Of a stretch of 64,000 nucleotides of DNA, positions 26,578 to 37,819 are shown piece after piece. Location: the NCBI GenBank assembly GCA_013265495.1, contig MU058423.1, positions 8,479,627 through 8,543,626 on the forward strand. The letters run 5' to 3'. The notes beneath the pieces were generated by a model. The model was not told the origin of the DNA, ran no database searches, and saw nothing but the letters and a program-made list of their open reading frames with translations. The stretch is from Vicugna vicugna. Its lineage: Eukaryota. Within the stretch, counting starts at the first letter, position 1; every line of letters begins with the position of its first letter. A program made the position numbers and the translations under genes.

Positions 26578-26897
26578 AGGGCATTTAAAAAACAAACGGA
26601 AGAAACAAATAAACAGAATATGATACCCTGGAATAAAACCAGAAACCTCAGAAATCGAAATGGTTTGGAGGGAAGAGCACGAAAGACAAGACCAAAAGTC
26701 CAGGAGAGATCCTGTTAATTCTGACCCCTTGGCTGTAAACTCCTGGCTGAGCACAGATGCCTGGCTCCCCCTGGTCTGCTTGGTGCTGGGGAGCTGTAGT
26801 GATGATTTCTCTATTTTAAAAAGCTAAGTACAATGTTTTGGGTTGTACAGTACCAGAAAAGTTAGGTCCCCCAAAAAGCGTAATTTCTTCTCATTCA

Positions 26898-26945
26898 TTA
26901 CATGGCCGCAAAGTCAATCTGTACATAAAGCTGTCTCACTCCAGC
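26898..26945 (-). CDS. SLC30A7: SLC30A7 terminal coding segment (AGVRQLYVQIDFAAM*)
   Basis: Acceptor tttttcag. Matches the known ZnT7 C-terminus. TAA stop at 26900-26898. Confidence 0.97.
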   Translation of the reverse strand, partial: AGVRQLYVQIDFAAM

Positions 26946-27379
26946 CTGAAAAAGTTTAAAAAAAAATTAGAAAAATCAAACAAACCAGTAACAGACTATA
27001 CATTTCAGAAAAGTAGTAGGAAAAAAAATCTCTTTTTTTTTTTGGAAAGGGAAGAATTATTTTTCTCTTCTGTCACTGGGAAAGAATTCTCCACTTTTCA
27101 TCATAAAATGCCAATTACTTTATTTTAGAAACAAGTATATCAATAAACTGCAAAAGAGAGTCTCCATTTACCTCCACAAAAGATGGCTATGCTCTTGCAT
27201 GCCACGCCCAAGTGAATTTTGGCAAAACGAGGGCACCCACCCACCGTGGTTCTGCCAGAGAACAAGAACACCACAGCGTTGACCAGCTGGCTACTAAAAT
27301 CACAAATCCATCAAGTCTAAATCTTCCCATGACAAACGATTTGTAAACATTCAAATAAGCATAACCATCTATTGGTTAC

Positions 27380-29110
27380 TGAGTGACTTTACACTCCGAC
27401 TCCTCTCTTCAATTTTGTGTGTGAACTTGCTACTCAAGGACACTGCGCTTACAATGCCCCCATCTCTCCTCCATTATCAGTTTTTCCTTATTTGCTGCCT
27501 GCAATTCCTTTTCTCTCTTTTCTTGACCCCATTTCAACCAAACTTTTGCTGCCAACCACTTCCCTAAACTGTCAAGAGCACCTCTAAATTGCTCAGACCA
27601 GCCACTGATCAATTCTCAGTCCTCCTCTTTGTACTTAACCTTAACCTAGCAGCAAGGACCCAGGTGATCACCTCCTTCTGTTGAAACATTTTTTCTTCTC
27701 TTGGCTTCCAGAGAATACTCACTGGTCGCCCTTATACCTCACTTAACAGTCTTTCTCAGTCTCCTTTGCTGGTTCTTTCACCCTCTCTCTGAACACTAAA
27801 CACCAAAATACCCAAAGGCTTGGTCCTCAGACCCATTCTTTTCCTATAGTTGTTCCCTGCATTATCTCACCCAGTAACCAAACTTTCAGTACCATCTACA
27901 TAGTCACAGCTTTTGTAGACTGGAACCTATTTACCATCTATGTGACCGTTCTACTTGGATGTTTTGACAGTTCTACCTGGATGTCTGACAAGCATCAAAA
28001 CACAGACAAAGTGAACACTGTTTCCTCCCCTCAAGCCTACTGAGTCTGTATGTCTACAGCTCAAGCCCTTCTCAAATGCTGCAACTTAAAGGTTTGTCTT
28101 TCTTTCTCACACCCAACTCATTAGCAAAACCTGTGTGCCTTATCCTCCAAATAATGCAAATCCAGAATCTGATCACTTACCTCACCTCCACTGCTATCCC
28201 CAGCCCCAGTCACTATCATCTCTTGCCTAGATTTTGTAATGACCTCTGGTCTAGTTTTCACTCTTCTACCTTTGGTCTGTCTCTAAGAGCGAAACTACAG
28301 CAATGTCACTCCAGCACTCAAACCCTCCACCAGCTTACCTTCCTTCGTCCTTAGCCCAGAGTGTGGCCTTACTGTGGCCTACAAAGCTGTCCTATGACCT
28401 GGCCCCCAATTACCTCTCTGATGTCATCTCTGACTCCTCTCCCTCTGTTCACTCTGTCCCAGCCACACCAGACCTTCTGTCTGGAACAATGTGCCTTGAG
28501 ATAGCCTCATGACATACTCCCTCCCTTGTCACATCTCAGATGTCAGTTAGGTTTACCCTGATCACCCCATACAAAATACATTCAGTTCATTCATCCAATA
28601 AATATGTTTTGTGCATCTGTTGTATTCCAGGCACTGCTCTGTTTCCTGGGAATACAATAGTGAACAAAATAGGTTTAAAAAAAAATCCTTGCCCTCATGG
28701 AGTTTATAAGCTACTGGGAGCTGGGGAGAAGAGGAGATGATAAGCAAGTAAGTATAGTAACATTAGATGATGAGACATGCATATCTAAATAAATCTATCT
28801 TTCTATCTATCTACCTCCCTATCTACCTACCTACTATCTATCTACAGAAAGAAACAAAGCTTAGTACAAGAGGAAGTAAATGCCTCAGCAACCCCAATCT
28901 CCCTAGCCTGTCTCCCTATCTATAATAATCACTTTCTAATATATTGTAAACATTTTTTGCTGTGATGCTGTTTCCTGTCACTCTCCAATGATAACGTACT
29001 CTCTCCAAGATAAAAGATTTTGGCTATTTTTTCCCTGGTGACTCCCAGAATGTCAAATAGTGCCCAGCACACAGTAAGTGGTCAATAAATATTTGTTGGA
29101 AGAACTGAAT
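27380..29110 (+). mobile_element. L2 LINE remnants
   Basis: Pyrimidine-rich L2 motifs (ttctcagtctcctttgctggttc) and L2 3' end (tagtgcccagcacacagtaagtggtcaataaatatttgttg). Confidence 0.8.
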
Positions 29111-30919
29111 CCTACTAATTTCCTTCTTTTAAGTAAAAAACAATTTTTTAAGATAAAAGCACACCATCAGTTACAATAAGCACCCCCGATCAGTGTCAAG
29201 AATGGAAGGTAAATTACAACAGTTAAGAGAAAGAAAAAAAACCAGTGTTGGGGATAAAATACTACTACTGCTTGTTTACAGTGTTTTCTAGGCTCTTCGA
29301 AGCATCACTTTCTAGCATGGCTGATTTTCTAGCATTCAAGTTGGAGGGCTCTGCCCAGCACCAATAAATGCCTAAGGACTCAGAACTGCTCTGATGGAAT
29401 AAGAAGCTGGATGGATCCAGTAGCTTCTTCCAGCACAGAATACCTCTTAGCTTTTTTATCTCATTAAAAAAACAAAACAAAACAAAACAAAAACTTTGCC
29501 ATGGTAAAGTTCAAGTTCTCTGAAAATACACATAGTAGCACACATGCCTCACACTATGTTTGTGGCAGAAAGACAGAACTTAGTTATCTATCCGATTTTG
29601 AGCTAAAAATTAAAACCAAATCTCAGTTTTCCTCATTTTAAAAGTGTTGATAAATACCAACCCTATTTATCTCACAAAGTTGTTACATATATTCATCCAG
29701 CATTTGACAAATATTTAATAAATCCTTGCTACACACCAGGCACTACTGTAAGGATATGTGTGAAGACATGAGACAAGAGTTTAATGCCACAGAAAACTAT
29801 AAAAACCAAATTATGATTGATCACAATTATATTTGATTTACTCAACCCAGATGGCGCCTAAGTAACTGTACTTAGGAACCCTTCTGCAAAACTCTTGTAT
29901 ATCTAACTCTGAGAGAAAACAACTATTGTCCAAATAAATTGGCTTAATTTCCTTTCTCTTTAACAAAATTGTTAGTCAAAGAAAAATGGGCAAAATAAGT
30001 TGGGCTCCCATTATTATCTCTGCCTCTCTCCTGAGCCCCAGACAGTGAAGATGGTAATAAGAAATGAGGTAGCCCAAGGCAATAAAAAAGAAAGGAAAAA
30101 CAAAGAGGCTAGATAAATTGATCTTTGCATAATCATGAGTTAATTAGTCAAGCTGATATCTTTTCCCTCAGGCCTTACTGCTTACACAAAAGCTCAGCCT
30201 AACAGAGAAAGCCATTTTGGTTCATCCATCTGTCCGGTTGGGGACAGCTTCAAGTTTTCCAGCTTCCCATTTTCCCTTCTCAATTTCCTTCAATGGAGAG
30301 AGAAAAGTGGAATTTCCAAAGACTCCTCTAGTGAATCACTTATTTCTGAATGCAAACTCTGTTTCTTATTCAGTTTATTCACAGGACAAAGACATGACAA
30401 GTACTCCAGCAGATCAGAACAGTTCCATTAAATATTCTACCACTGGGACGACACTAGGACTCAGAGGCTGGCTGAGGGTTGTCCTCAAAAAAGTGAAAAC
30501 CATACAATACCCATTGTGTCCTATTTCTGAGAATAATGTATAAACCATAATTCAAAGAACACTTTAAAATTGGAAAGACAACTAGTTTCTATGCTCCTAA
30601 GAAAATAAGTGTTAAGCTGATGCTGTAGACTCAGGATATTTTCAATAAATATTCATCGATGCGGAAAGGAAAACAAATCAGCGGTAAAAATTTAGGAAAA
30701 TAAACAGGAATATGGCTATAGAAAATTACCGGTTTGTTTGTATTCTCTACCGAGTCTCAAACACTACAGAAACTTTCTACCTTAATTTTTGATTGAAAGC
30801 ATAATATTAATCTTTATCCCGTAAAAATGAAGTCTTGAAAAAGTGCCTTATTCTTCCATGTGAAAATAGTCATCTCGGAATTAGAGAAACAGGGACTGAA
30901 TATGATGAGATTACAAGCC

Positions 30920-31070
30920 AGGGAAGAGTAACCTGGGCCTGGGCTCCTTCTTCCACACACGGGGGCCGATACCACCTGCCTCGCGAGGCTAGGTCAGCGT
31001 GTGGGGCGCCCGTCACAGCGCCCGGCACGTGGCGGGCTCTCGGAAGAGGCCGGCTGCTGCGGCTGCTGTT
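30920..31070 (+). mobile_element. MIR 3' half with strongly GC-shifted sequence
   Basis: Colinear with the MIR consensus, e.g. cacagcgcccggcacgtggcgggctctc vs CACAGTGCCTGGCACATAGTAAGCGCTC. Confidence 0.75.
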
Positions 31071-31430
31071 TCAACCGCCATCGCCCAACCACGGAACACT
31101 TAAACCTTGTGGATTAATTAAAACTAACCAATACTTCCAAAAGATTAAACCTCCTCTGCAAACAGGAAAGAAAAGGGAAAAGGTGGGACAGTAGCCAGCC
31201 ACCGGGACAGGGGAGCGCGCGTCTCCGGCTCCCCGCGCCCACCCGCAGCGACGTGGCCAGGCTGGGTGAGCTCTGGGCCCGAGGCGGGGCGGGATTACGA
31301 ACGCAGGAGAGCAGCGCAGGTGGAAGTTTCCGAAGCTTGGGGAGCTCCCACTGGGACCTGTGAGGAGGCTTTGGTTCCTTCCTGCGTATCAGGGTTAACT
31401 TCTATTTTGAGGCTAGAGAACGGCGCACAA
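30950..31430. promoter_or_regulatory. Small intragenic CpG island in the last SLC30A7 intron
   Basis: Roughly 35 or more CpGs by hand count in ~480 bp within an otherwise CpG-poor window. GC boxes GGCGGGGCGGG at 31283-31293 and E-box CACGTG at 31026-31031. Confidence 0.65.
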
Positions 31431-33744
31431 AAAGCTGAAGCAGGAAGCTGGGGGCTTAGGGCTTAACAGGCATAACAACAGAAACAGGCAGAAGAGGAGA
31501 AAAAATAGAAGACATCAAGGTAGAAGTTCTATCGGGAAGTAAATAATGTGCATCGGGCTTGACTGTCTTTTGCACTTTGTGGAGGGTAAAGAACCCCAAG
31601 CATATTCTAGATTTTTCTTCCAACATTATTTCTAACAAAAGTGTATCAAAAAAAAATTAGCAGATGACATTAGCCAGTTTAAAACAAGAAACATAAGATG
31701 ATAAACTGCCCTCCTAAGCCAGTATCCCACGCTCTTTTCCTGATCATATGTTAAACATAAATAACACGTTTTCTATTTCATCAATTCTCACATGATAAAT
31801 CATTTCTAAAAAGCCAATGCAAGGGGTGAAAGGGAGAAGAGACTTTTTCTACACCAACAAAAACCTTGCAGTTTGAAAACTGGATTATCGCTTAACTAAT
31901 CATCGCAAAGGAATCTAAGCACTGAAGGGACTTGTACCAATTCACTCATATGGCCCTGTATCCGTGATAGCAAGCCAAATGCTCTAGCCATTAATGATTA
32001 AGTGATAACTATGGAAAATGAGAATAAAAAGACATGCCTAATATACAGTTCCAGAATAGTAGCAAAGCTTGTAGTTTTACAATCAAAATAAAAAGTTACA
32101 TTCCCAACCTTTGTTAATCTTTTCAGTTTAAAGTTATCTCCATATACATTTTAACAAAAACAACTTTTTAACCAAAGTTACTTAAATTCTAATTTAAGAC
32201 CAGCTATGAGAAAAATACTTTAAAATGTCAGAGAACCGTAAAATATAACTTGATATTGAGAAAAATCCTTCTTTTGGTCTTTTGGAACTAAAGCCACCAG
32301 TATTTCAAATCTTTCTACAAGAAATATACTTAGAGCATTAGTGTAATTTTTTTCTCAAAAAGGGAGCAATTTCAGTTTTATTACTTTTGATAAGTAAAAT
32401 CTATGATTAAGATGTAATTTAGAATTTTTAAGAATATAAACAAATTTTAAGCTTCATTTCCTAAACTGAAATGTTACTGCAAGTCCCAGGATCTACTCAT
32501 AGCACAATCAACATGCATGACTTGCGTATAAGCAGGGAAGGAGAATTAATTTAAGATGTTCGACTTTGCATATGTCAGAACTAGAACAACTATCACAAAA
32601 CAACTTTACAATCATTAAACGTATGGAATTTAAGTCACTGGAAGGGTGACTCCCCTCTCCCTGCTACGAAAAATGTGCTGAACCACTTTCACGGCAAGCG
32701 TAAAAGTCCCTGGTCTCTGCAAGGAATGAAAGAAAGCTGGCTTGACCTTAGCTGATAAAAAGGCTTAAAATGTTTTTAGGGCTTAAAATTTTCAAACCCC
32801 AAATACCAGTTTCCAAAACCAAAGAGGCAGCTGAATAAACTTTCAACTTCAGCCATTTTAAAAGCCAAGATTTCTAAGGTTACCAGAAGCTCCCTCCACC
32901 TACCTCAATTACAACTTCAGCAGTTCTAAGCACGCAGCTGCTTGCACATTTCTAAACCTAAAAACTGCATTCCTCTTCAGAGGGAAAATTATGACTAAGG
33001 GCCAAAGTCTTAGGACAGTATGAGGTGTCCTAGAGGTGAACAGAAGCTCACACTGTGAGGGTGGAAGGACATGGTGTTAAATAGGGGAAAATCGAAGTTA
33101 AAGGAGAGAAAAATTATCCAGAAATGCAGTGGAAAGCAAGGGAATTGCTAGCCATGCTCTCCTTTTTACCTCTGAAAAACAGAGGACACGTGAGAAGGAT
33201 TCAGACACATTGTGGCGGTTTGCATGCTTCATTATGAAACTCATAATGGTTTAGACTTCTTACAGTGTCTGTTAAGAAATGACTTAGTTCTTAAAAGTCT
33301 AGAATAAATAAGTGGTACCAGTATATTGTTTTGGAGTAAATTATGTCTCACTGTTGCCTATATTGTAAGATTTTTTTCAGTAATTATTCCAAAGGAACAT
33401 AACCATACATTTCTCTTTATTAGAGGAGAGAGATTAATTTCCGCTAAGGTCTTGAATTTATACTGTCTCTCTTTCTCTCTCTATGATGCTTAGAAGGGTC
33501 TTTAAGGCTCTAGAGAGAAAGTAACAACTGAACTGGACCTTTACATTAGAGGAGCATTTTTGTTAATAATAATATTTACAATATTTAATTTATTACAGTA
33601 AATAGTATTTACAGAAAAGTAAATAGTCTGGTGGGGCTGGCATATGAAGTCCATGGCAGTGACTAATAGTAGGAGAGAGGCTTGAACGGTTCATCGGGTC
33701 ATGCGAGAAAGTTTGGGCTTTATCCTGGTAGCAATGAGGAGCTA

Positions 33745-34345
33745 CCAAAGTTTTTATTTTTTTAACTTTTATTTTGAAAAGATTTAAAGTCAAAAGAATA
33801 GCACAATAAATACCTATAAGCCACTGGTTAACATTTTGCCACATTTGCTTTATTTCTCTATGTGTGTATTTATCTGTAATCTTTCTACTTTTGCTGAAAC
33901 ATTTGAAAATTAGACATCCTGCTACTTGGACACGCAATCCTTCAGCATGTATCTCCTAAGAATAAGAGCTTTCTTCCATGACCGCAGTACCATCACCACA
34001 CCCAAGAAGTTTAACACCTATCCAATTATATGAACTATTATGTAGTCCACTTTCAAAATTCCTGATTACCCAATAATTTCCTTCGTGGCTGTTTTTCCCC
34101 AATCCAAGATCCAATCAAGGATCACACGCTGCATTTAACTGTTTCTTCTAACTAGAAGAATCCCCCATCGTTTCCTGTTTTCCTTTCATGACATGGACAC
34201 TTTTTAAGAATGCAGGCTAACAGCCCACAAGCTGGGTTTGTCTGGTTGTTTACTAGTGACAGGATCCACGTTAACCATTTCTGGCAAGAGTACCACACAG
34301 GTCATGCTGTGTACTTCCCACTGCATCACATCAGGAGGCACAGGT
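33745..34345 (-). mobile_element. L1MC-type 3' end nested in an L2 fragment
   Basis: gttaacattttgccacatttgcttt, ccaagatccaatcaaggatcacac and atcacatcaggaggcaca motifs. Confidence 0.75.
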
Positions 34346-35114
34346 CAGTTTCTAAGCACAGACTTTTAAGGCATGGAATCAGTTTCCTCATTAGATGTAT
34401 GTGTCAGATAATTTTGGCAACAGTGCTGGCATCTAGATGTTCCTGCCAAATATTTCCGGCAAATCAGACCGAAAAAGGAATTTGTGGTCTCTCTCTGTGT
34501 CCTCGGATATTCCTGACATGACGTTCTTATTCTCCCAGTATATACAGAGTTACATAGAAATTGTTTTTACTTTATCAGTCACTGGCTATGTCAACTCATG
34601 AGGGCATAAACATTAATTGATATAATTTGGTTGCAGGCATGCACTCACTAATTCATGGTTCCGCATATAGTATTAAGAGAAACTCAACAGCATATTAAGC
34701 TATTAAATCACACAGAAGTAGCTATGGCTTGCTATCAGTAAAAATGTGAACATAGTTTGTTTTCAGCTAAAGCCACAGACAAGACATTATTCTTATTCTA
34801 AATGCTATTTTAGAATTCCTAGCTTCAAACAGCATATAATGTGTCTTATGAGGAATGTACAGTAGAGGAGAATCTATTTTTCTTAAAGGAGCTCAAATCA
34901 GTACAAGGATGAGTAAAGAGGACCAACTTCATTAAGAGTATTAACTAAAATAAGGATCTCCCAGATTTGACTCTGTGGTTGAAAAAAAACTTTAATGCTT
35001 ATTTCATAGTGTAACATAGATATATATTTTACATGTTAAATAGTAAATATTTTTAAAACTAGTAGATACAGTAAATGCCAAGACCCTTAAAAGAAGTTAG
35101 TAAAAAAGTCATAC

Positions 35115-35264
35115 CTGAGTGAAAATATTATGCGTTTGGCTTAAAATCCATCTAGCATCAGCATCGGGTGCCACTAGTAATTTCAAGGTGCCAACATACA
35201 CGTCAGAACACAAGGTCCAGAAGTGCTGCTCTTGTAAACTGTAAACTCCTTGCAACTGCTGTAC
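35115..35264 (-). CDS. SLC30A7: SLC30A7 coding exon (VQQLQGVYSLQEQHFWTLCSDVYVGTLKLLVAPDADARWILSQTHNIFTQ)
   Basis: Hand translation of the minus strand matches the ZnT7 C-terminal cytosolic domain. Acceptor ttttag, donor gtatga. 150 nt, phase 0. Confidence 0.97.
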
Positions 35265-35513
35265 CTAAAATATTAAAGAGCAGATATTAACATCAAATCA
35301 AGCATAAGGGTAACATCAAATCACGGATGGATTCCATCCTCTAGGGAAAAAAAGCGGGCGGGGGTGGGGATTTGAACTGATTAACAAATGCCTACTAAAT
35401 ACTTATTATGTGCTGGTACCATGACAGGTGTTTGGGAAATATAAATGAACATGTACCAAAACCTGCAGGGCACAGCTGAGAGGGTGCCTAAGGGACATTT
35501 ACATTTTCAAATA

Positions 35514-35702
35514 CAGTTGATCCCAGGAACAATGCAGGGGGTGGGGATGCCAACTCTCCCCTCAGCTGAAAATCCAAGGATTCAGCCAACCGTGGATCAT
35601 GTAGTACTGTGGTATTTACCACTGGAAAAACAAAACAAAACAAAACAACCCATGTATAAGTAGAACGTGCAGGTCAAACTTGTGTTGTTCAAGGGTCAAC
35701 TG
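35514..35702 (-). mobile_element. Tigger2-derived MITE, second copy in reverse orientation
   Basis: TA-flanked TIRs cagttgatccc.../...gttcaagggtcaactg. Internally the reverse complement of the 10682 element. Confidence 0.85.
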
Positions 35703-35887
35703 TACACCGATCAGAGGACAAATATAAACACAAATGAGCTAAGAAACCAGGAAAAGAACAAAGTCAACTCAAAGAAATAAAAAAGAAGGAAATAAAGGAC
35801 AGAAATCAATGATCCAGAGATTTAGAAATGACAGAATCCACAATATCAAAAACTAGTCCTTTGAAAAGATTAACAAGGTGGAGGAGT

Positions 35888-36101
35888 CAGTGTTTCATAA
35901 TGGCACCGTATTTTGGACAGCACGATTATTCACTGCGTACCACTGTTGCAAACCACAGGACCTCTGCATCCCCAGGACCCAGGGAAATAAATGCCAACAT
36001 ATACCCTTCCCCAACTCATATGACAACAAAAAAGGTAGGGATAGCTCTAAGTTCTTCCAATGGCTCCTTCAATTTTCTACAGCCTTAGGTTGAGAACCTC
36101 T
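35888..36101 (-). mobile_element. MER20-like hAT MITE
   Basis: Ends in ggttgagaacctctg, with internal tgacaacaaaaaa and gcatcccc motifs colinear with reverse MER20. Confidence 0.55.
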
Positions 36102-36122
36102 GGCAAGATAAACTCTGATAGA

Positions 36123-36125
<3 letters not shown>

Positions 36126-36158
<33 letters not shown>

Positions 36159-36166
36159 AAGAAAAA

Positions 36167-36202
<36 letters not shown>

Positions 36203-36206
36203 AAAG
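36126..36206. repeat. Poly(A) followed by (GAAA)n
   Basis: Seen directly. Confidence 0.95.
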
Positions 36207-36349
36207 AACATGCAATTAAACAAATTAAATTACAAAATTAAAGTACAAAATGAAAAATGAGAACAACTACAAACAACAAAGATTTTAAAAACCATAAAAG
36301 GGAATACCATATGAATATATCAATATATGAGTACACAAAGGATTACAAC

Positions 36350-37065
36350 TGAGTGGAATCCAAACACTTCTCACCATCTCCACTGCTGTCAGCTTAGTTG
36401 AAGCCAGCGTTATCTCTGGTTTAGATTATTATAATATGTTATTACATGGTCTGTTTCTAGCCTTGCACCTCTTCATCTATCCTCAAAACAGTAGCCCAAG
36501 TGAGAGCCTGTTACTTTAGGTCAGATGCTTTCATTCCTCTGTTCAAAATCCTCCAGTGCATTCCCTTCTCACTCTGAACAAAAACCATGCTCTCCCAACG
36601 ACTTACATGGACCCACGTCATGCGGCACCTCGTTATGTATCTTGTTTACCTCCTCTCCTGCCACTCCTCCCCTTGCTCCCTGTTCTTTAGCTACAGTGGC
36701 TGAAAAGTCAGGCACATTCCTGTCTCAGGATATTTGCTTTTCCCTCTGCCTGGAGGGTCCTTCCTTCCAGATTTCTGCATGGTCTAGTTTATTTGGGTCT
36801 TTACTTAAATGCCATCTTCTCAGGAAGCCCTTCTGCTGTTACCCTATCTAAAATCACAGTTTTTTTTTAAATTTTTATACTTCTCTGTTTTATGTTTCAG
36901 CACATAACATCACACACGACATTATTCATTTATGTTATTTATATTGTTTATTGCCTGTCTCCTCCAGCAGAACTCAAGTTCAAAAGGGTAGAGACTTATT
37001 TTTGATTTTTATGTTTTGTGTCCTCAGTATCTAAGACAGTGCTTGGCCCAAGTAAGTGCTCAGTA
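36350..37065 (+). mobile_element. L2 3' fragment
   Basis: cacttctcaccatctccactgct...acagtgcttggcccaagtaagtgctcagtaa. Confidence 0.8.
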
Positions 37066-37111
37066 AGTAGTATATATATATGTGTATAAAATAAGTAAAA
37101 ACTCAATTTTG

Positions 37112-37206
37112 GTGTTTGCTTTGGCAGCACATATAGTAAAATTGCAATGACACGGAGGTGATTCGTGTGGCCCTTGGGCAGAAATGGCATGCAAATTCAT
37201 GAAGTG
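37112..37206 (+). pseudogene. U6 snRNA retropseudogene (3'-truncated, ~77% identity)
   Basis: Ungapped hand alignment to U6 nt 1-95 gives 22 mismatches. ACAGAGA box is mutated to ACGGAGG and the AGC triad to CGT. Confidence 0.92.
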
Positions 37207-37439
37207 GCTTGAACTTGATACCCCTCCACACTTCTCTGACTAGCATCCTCACGGAGTGGCGTGCTGTTGGTGAAGCAGCCACCTGACTGAAGAGGCTTCT
37301 TCTACCTCCACAGAACTAGCCGTCCAGTACAGGCTAGGAAGGATTCCCACAGAAACTGGCTTTAACTTCCCTCCAGGTAAAACATGTGGGGACAGGGTAG
37401 TGACAGACGAAAATCCCTGCTGCTCTTCCTCCTCCGACA

Positions 37440-37685
37440 GTGTGACTCACAGAAAGAGCATGAGCTTTGCAGTCAGAGTGACACGGACTGCAGCCCTGAT
37501 TCAGCTGCCAGCATCTGTGACCTTAGATGAGTTACTTAAATTCTCTGAGCCTCAATTTTACTCAGTTTTCCTAGGGAAAGAAAAATGAAACTTACCCTGT
37601 ATGGTTAATGTGAAGAACAGAGAACAAATATGCAAATCATTTAGTATAAGGACCAGCCTGTAGTCGGCATTCAGTAAATTGCCCC
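37440..37685 (+). mobile_element. MIR SINE
   Basis: tgtgaccttagatgagttacttaaattctctgagcctcaattt core plus 3' tail. Confidence 0.8.
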
Positions 37686-37819
37686 TTTCTCTTCCACAAT
37701 TATGCTGACAGGTCCTACCTTAAAATCATCACCACAAATGTCAGATGGGCAGCACCTTACCTTCCCTATCTCAAAAAAAACTATTCTACACCTTCTCCCT
37801 TTCCCCCTGGTCTCCTATT

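Larger units (their letters stand above)
20570..26897 (-). other. SLC30A7: SLC30A7 long 3' UTR (~6.3 kb, inferred)
   Basis: Repeat-poor AT-rich stretch after the stop codon, ending at a cluster of minus-strand AATAAA hexamers, beyond which decayed repeats resume. Mammalian SLC30A7 is known to have a multi-kb 3' UTR. Confidence 0.7.
35440..36320 (+). mobile_element. Old L1 ORF2 fragment with nested MITEs
   Basis: ORF2-like taccaaaacctgcagggcacagctga and aaaactagtcctttgaaaagattaacaa motifs. Confidence 0.65.

Noticed and set aside
29401..29428. Small inverted repeat agaagct...agcttct as a structured ncRNA
   Set aside because: Stems this short are expected by chance, and I could not support any snoRNA or miRNA features.
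30835..31466. ORFs over the CpG-rich patch as a novel microprotein gene
   Set aside because: Open frames are expected in GC-rich DNA, part of the sequence is MIR-derived, and there is no homology or splice support.
36060..36260. Lys/Arg-rich ORF
   Set aside because: It is simply the translation of a poly(A)/(GAAA)n microsatellite.
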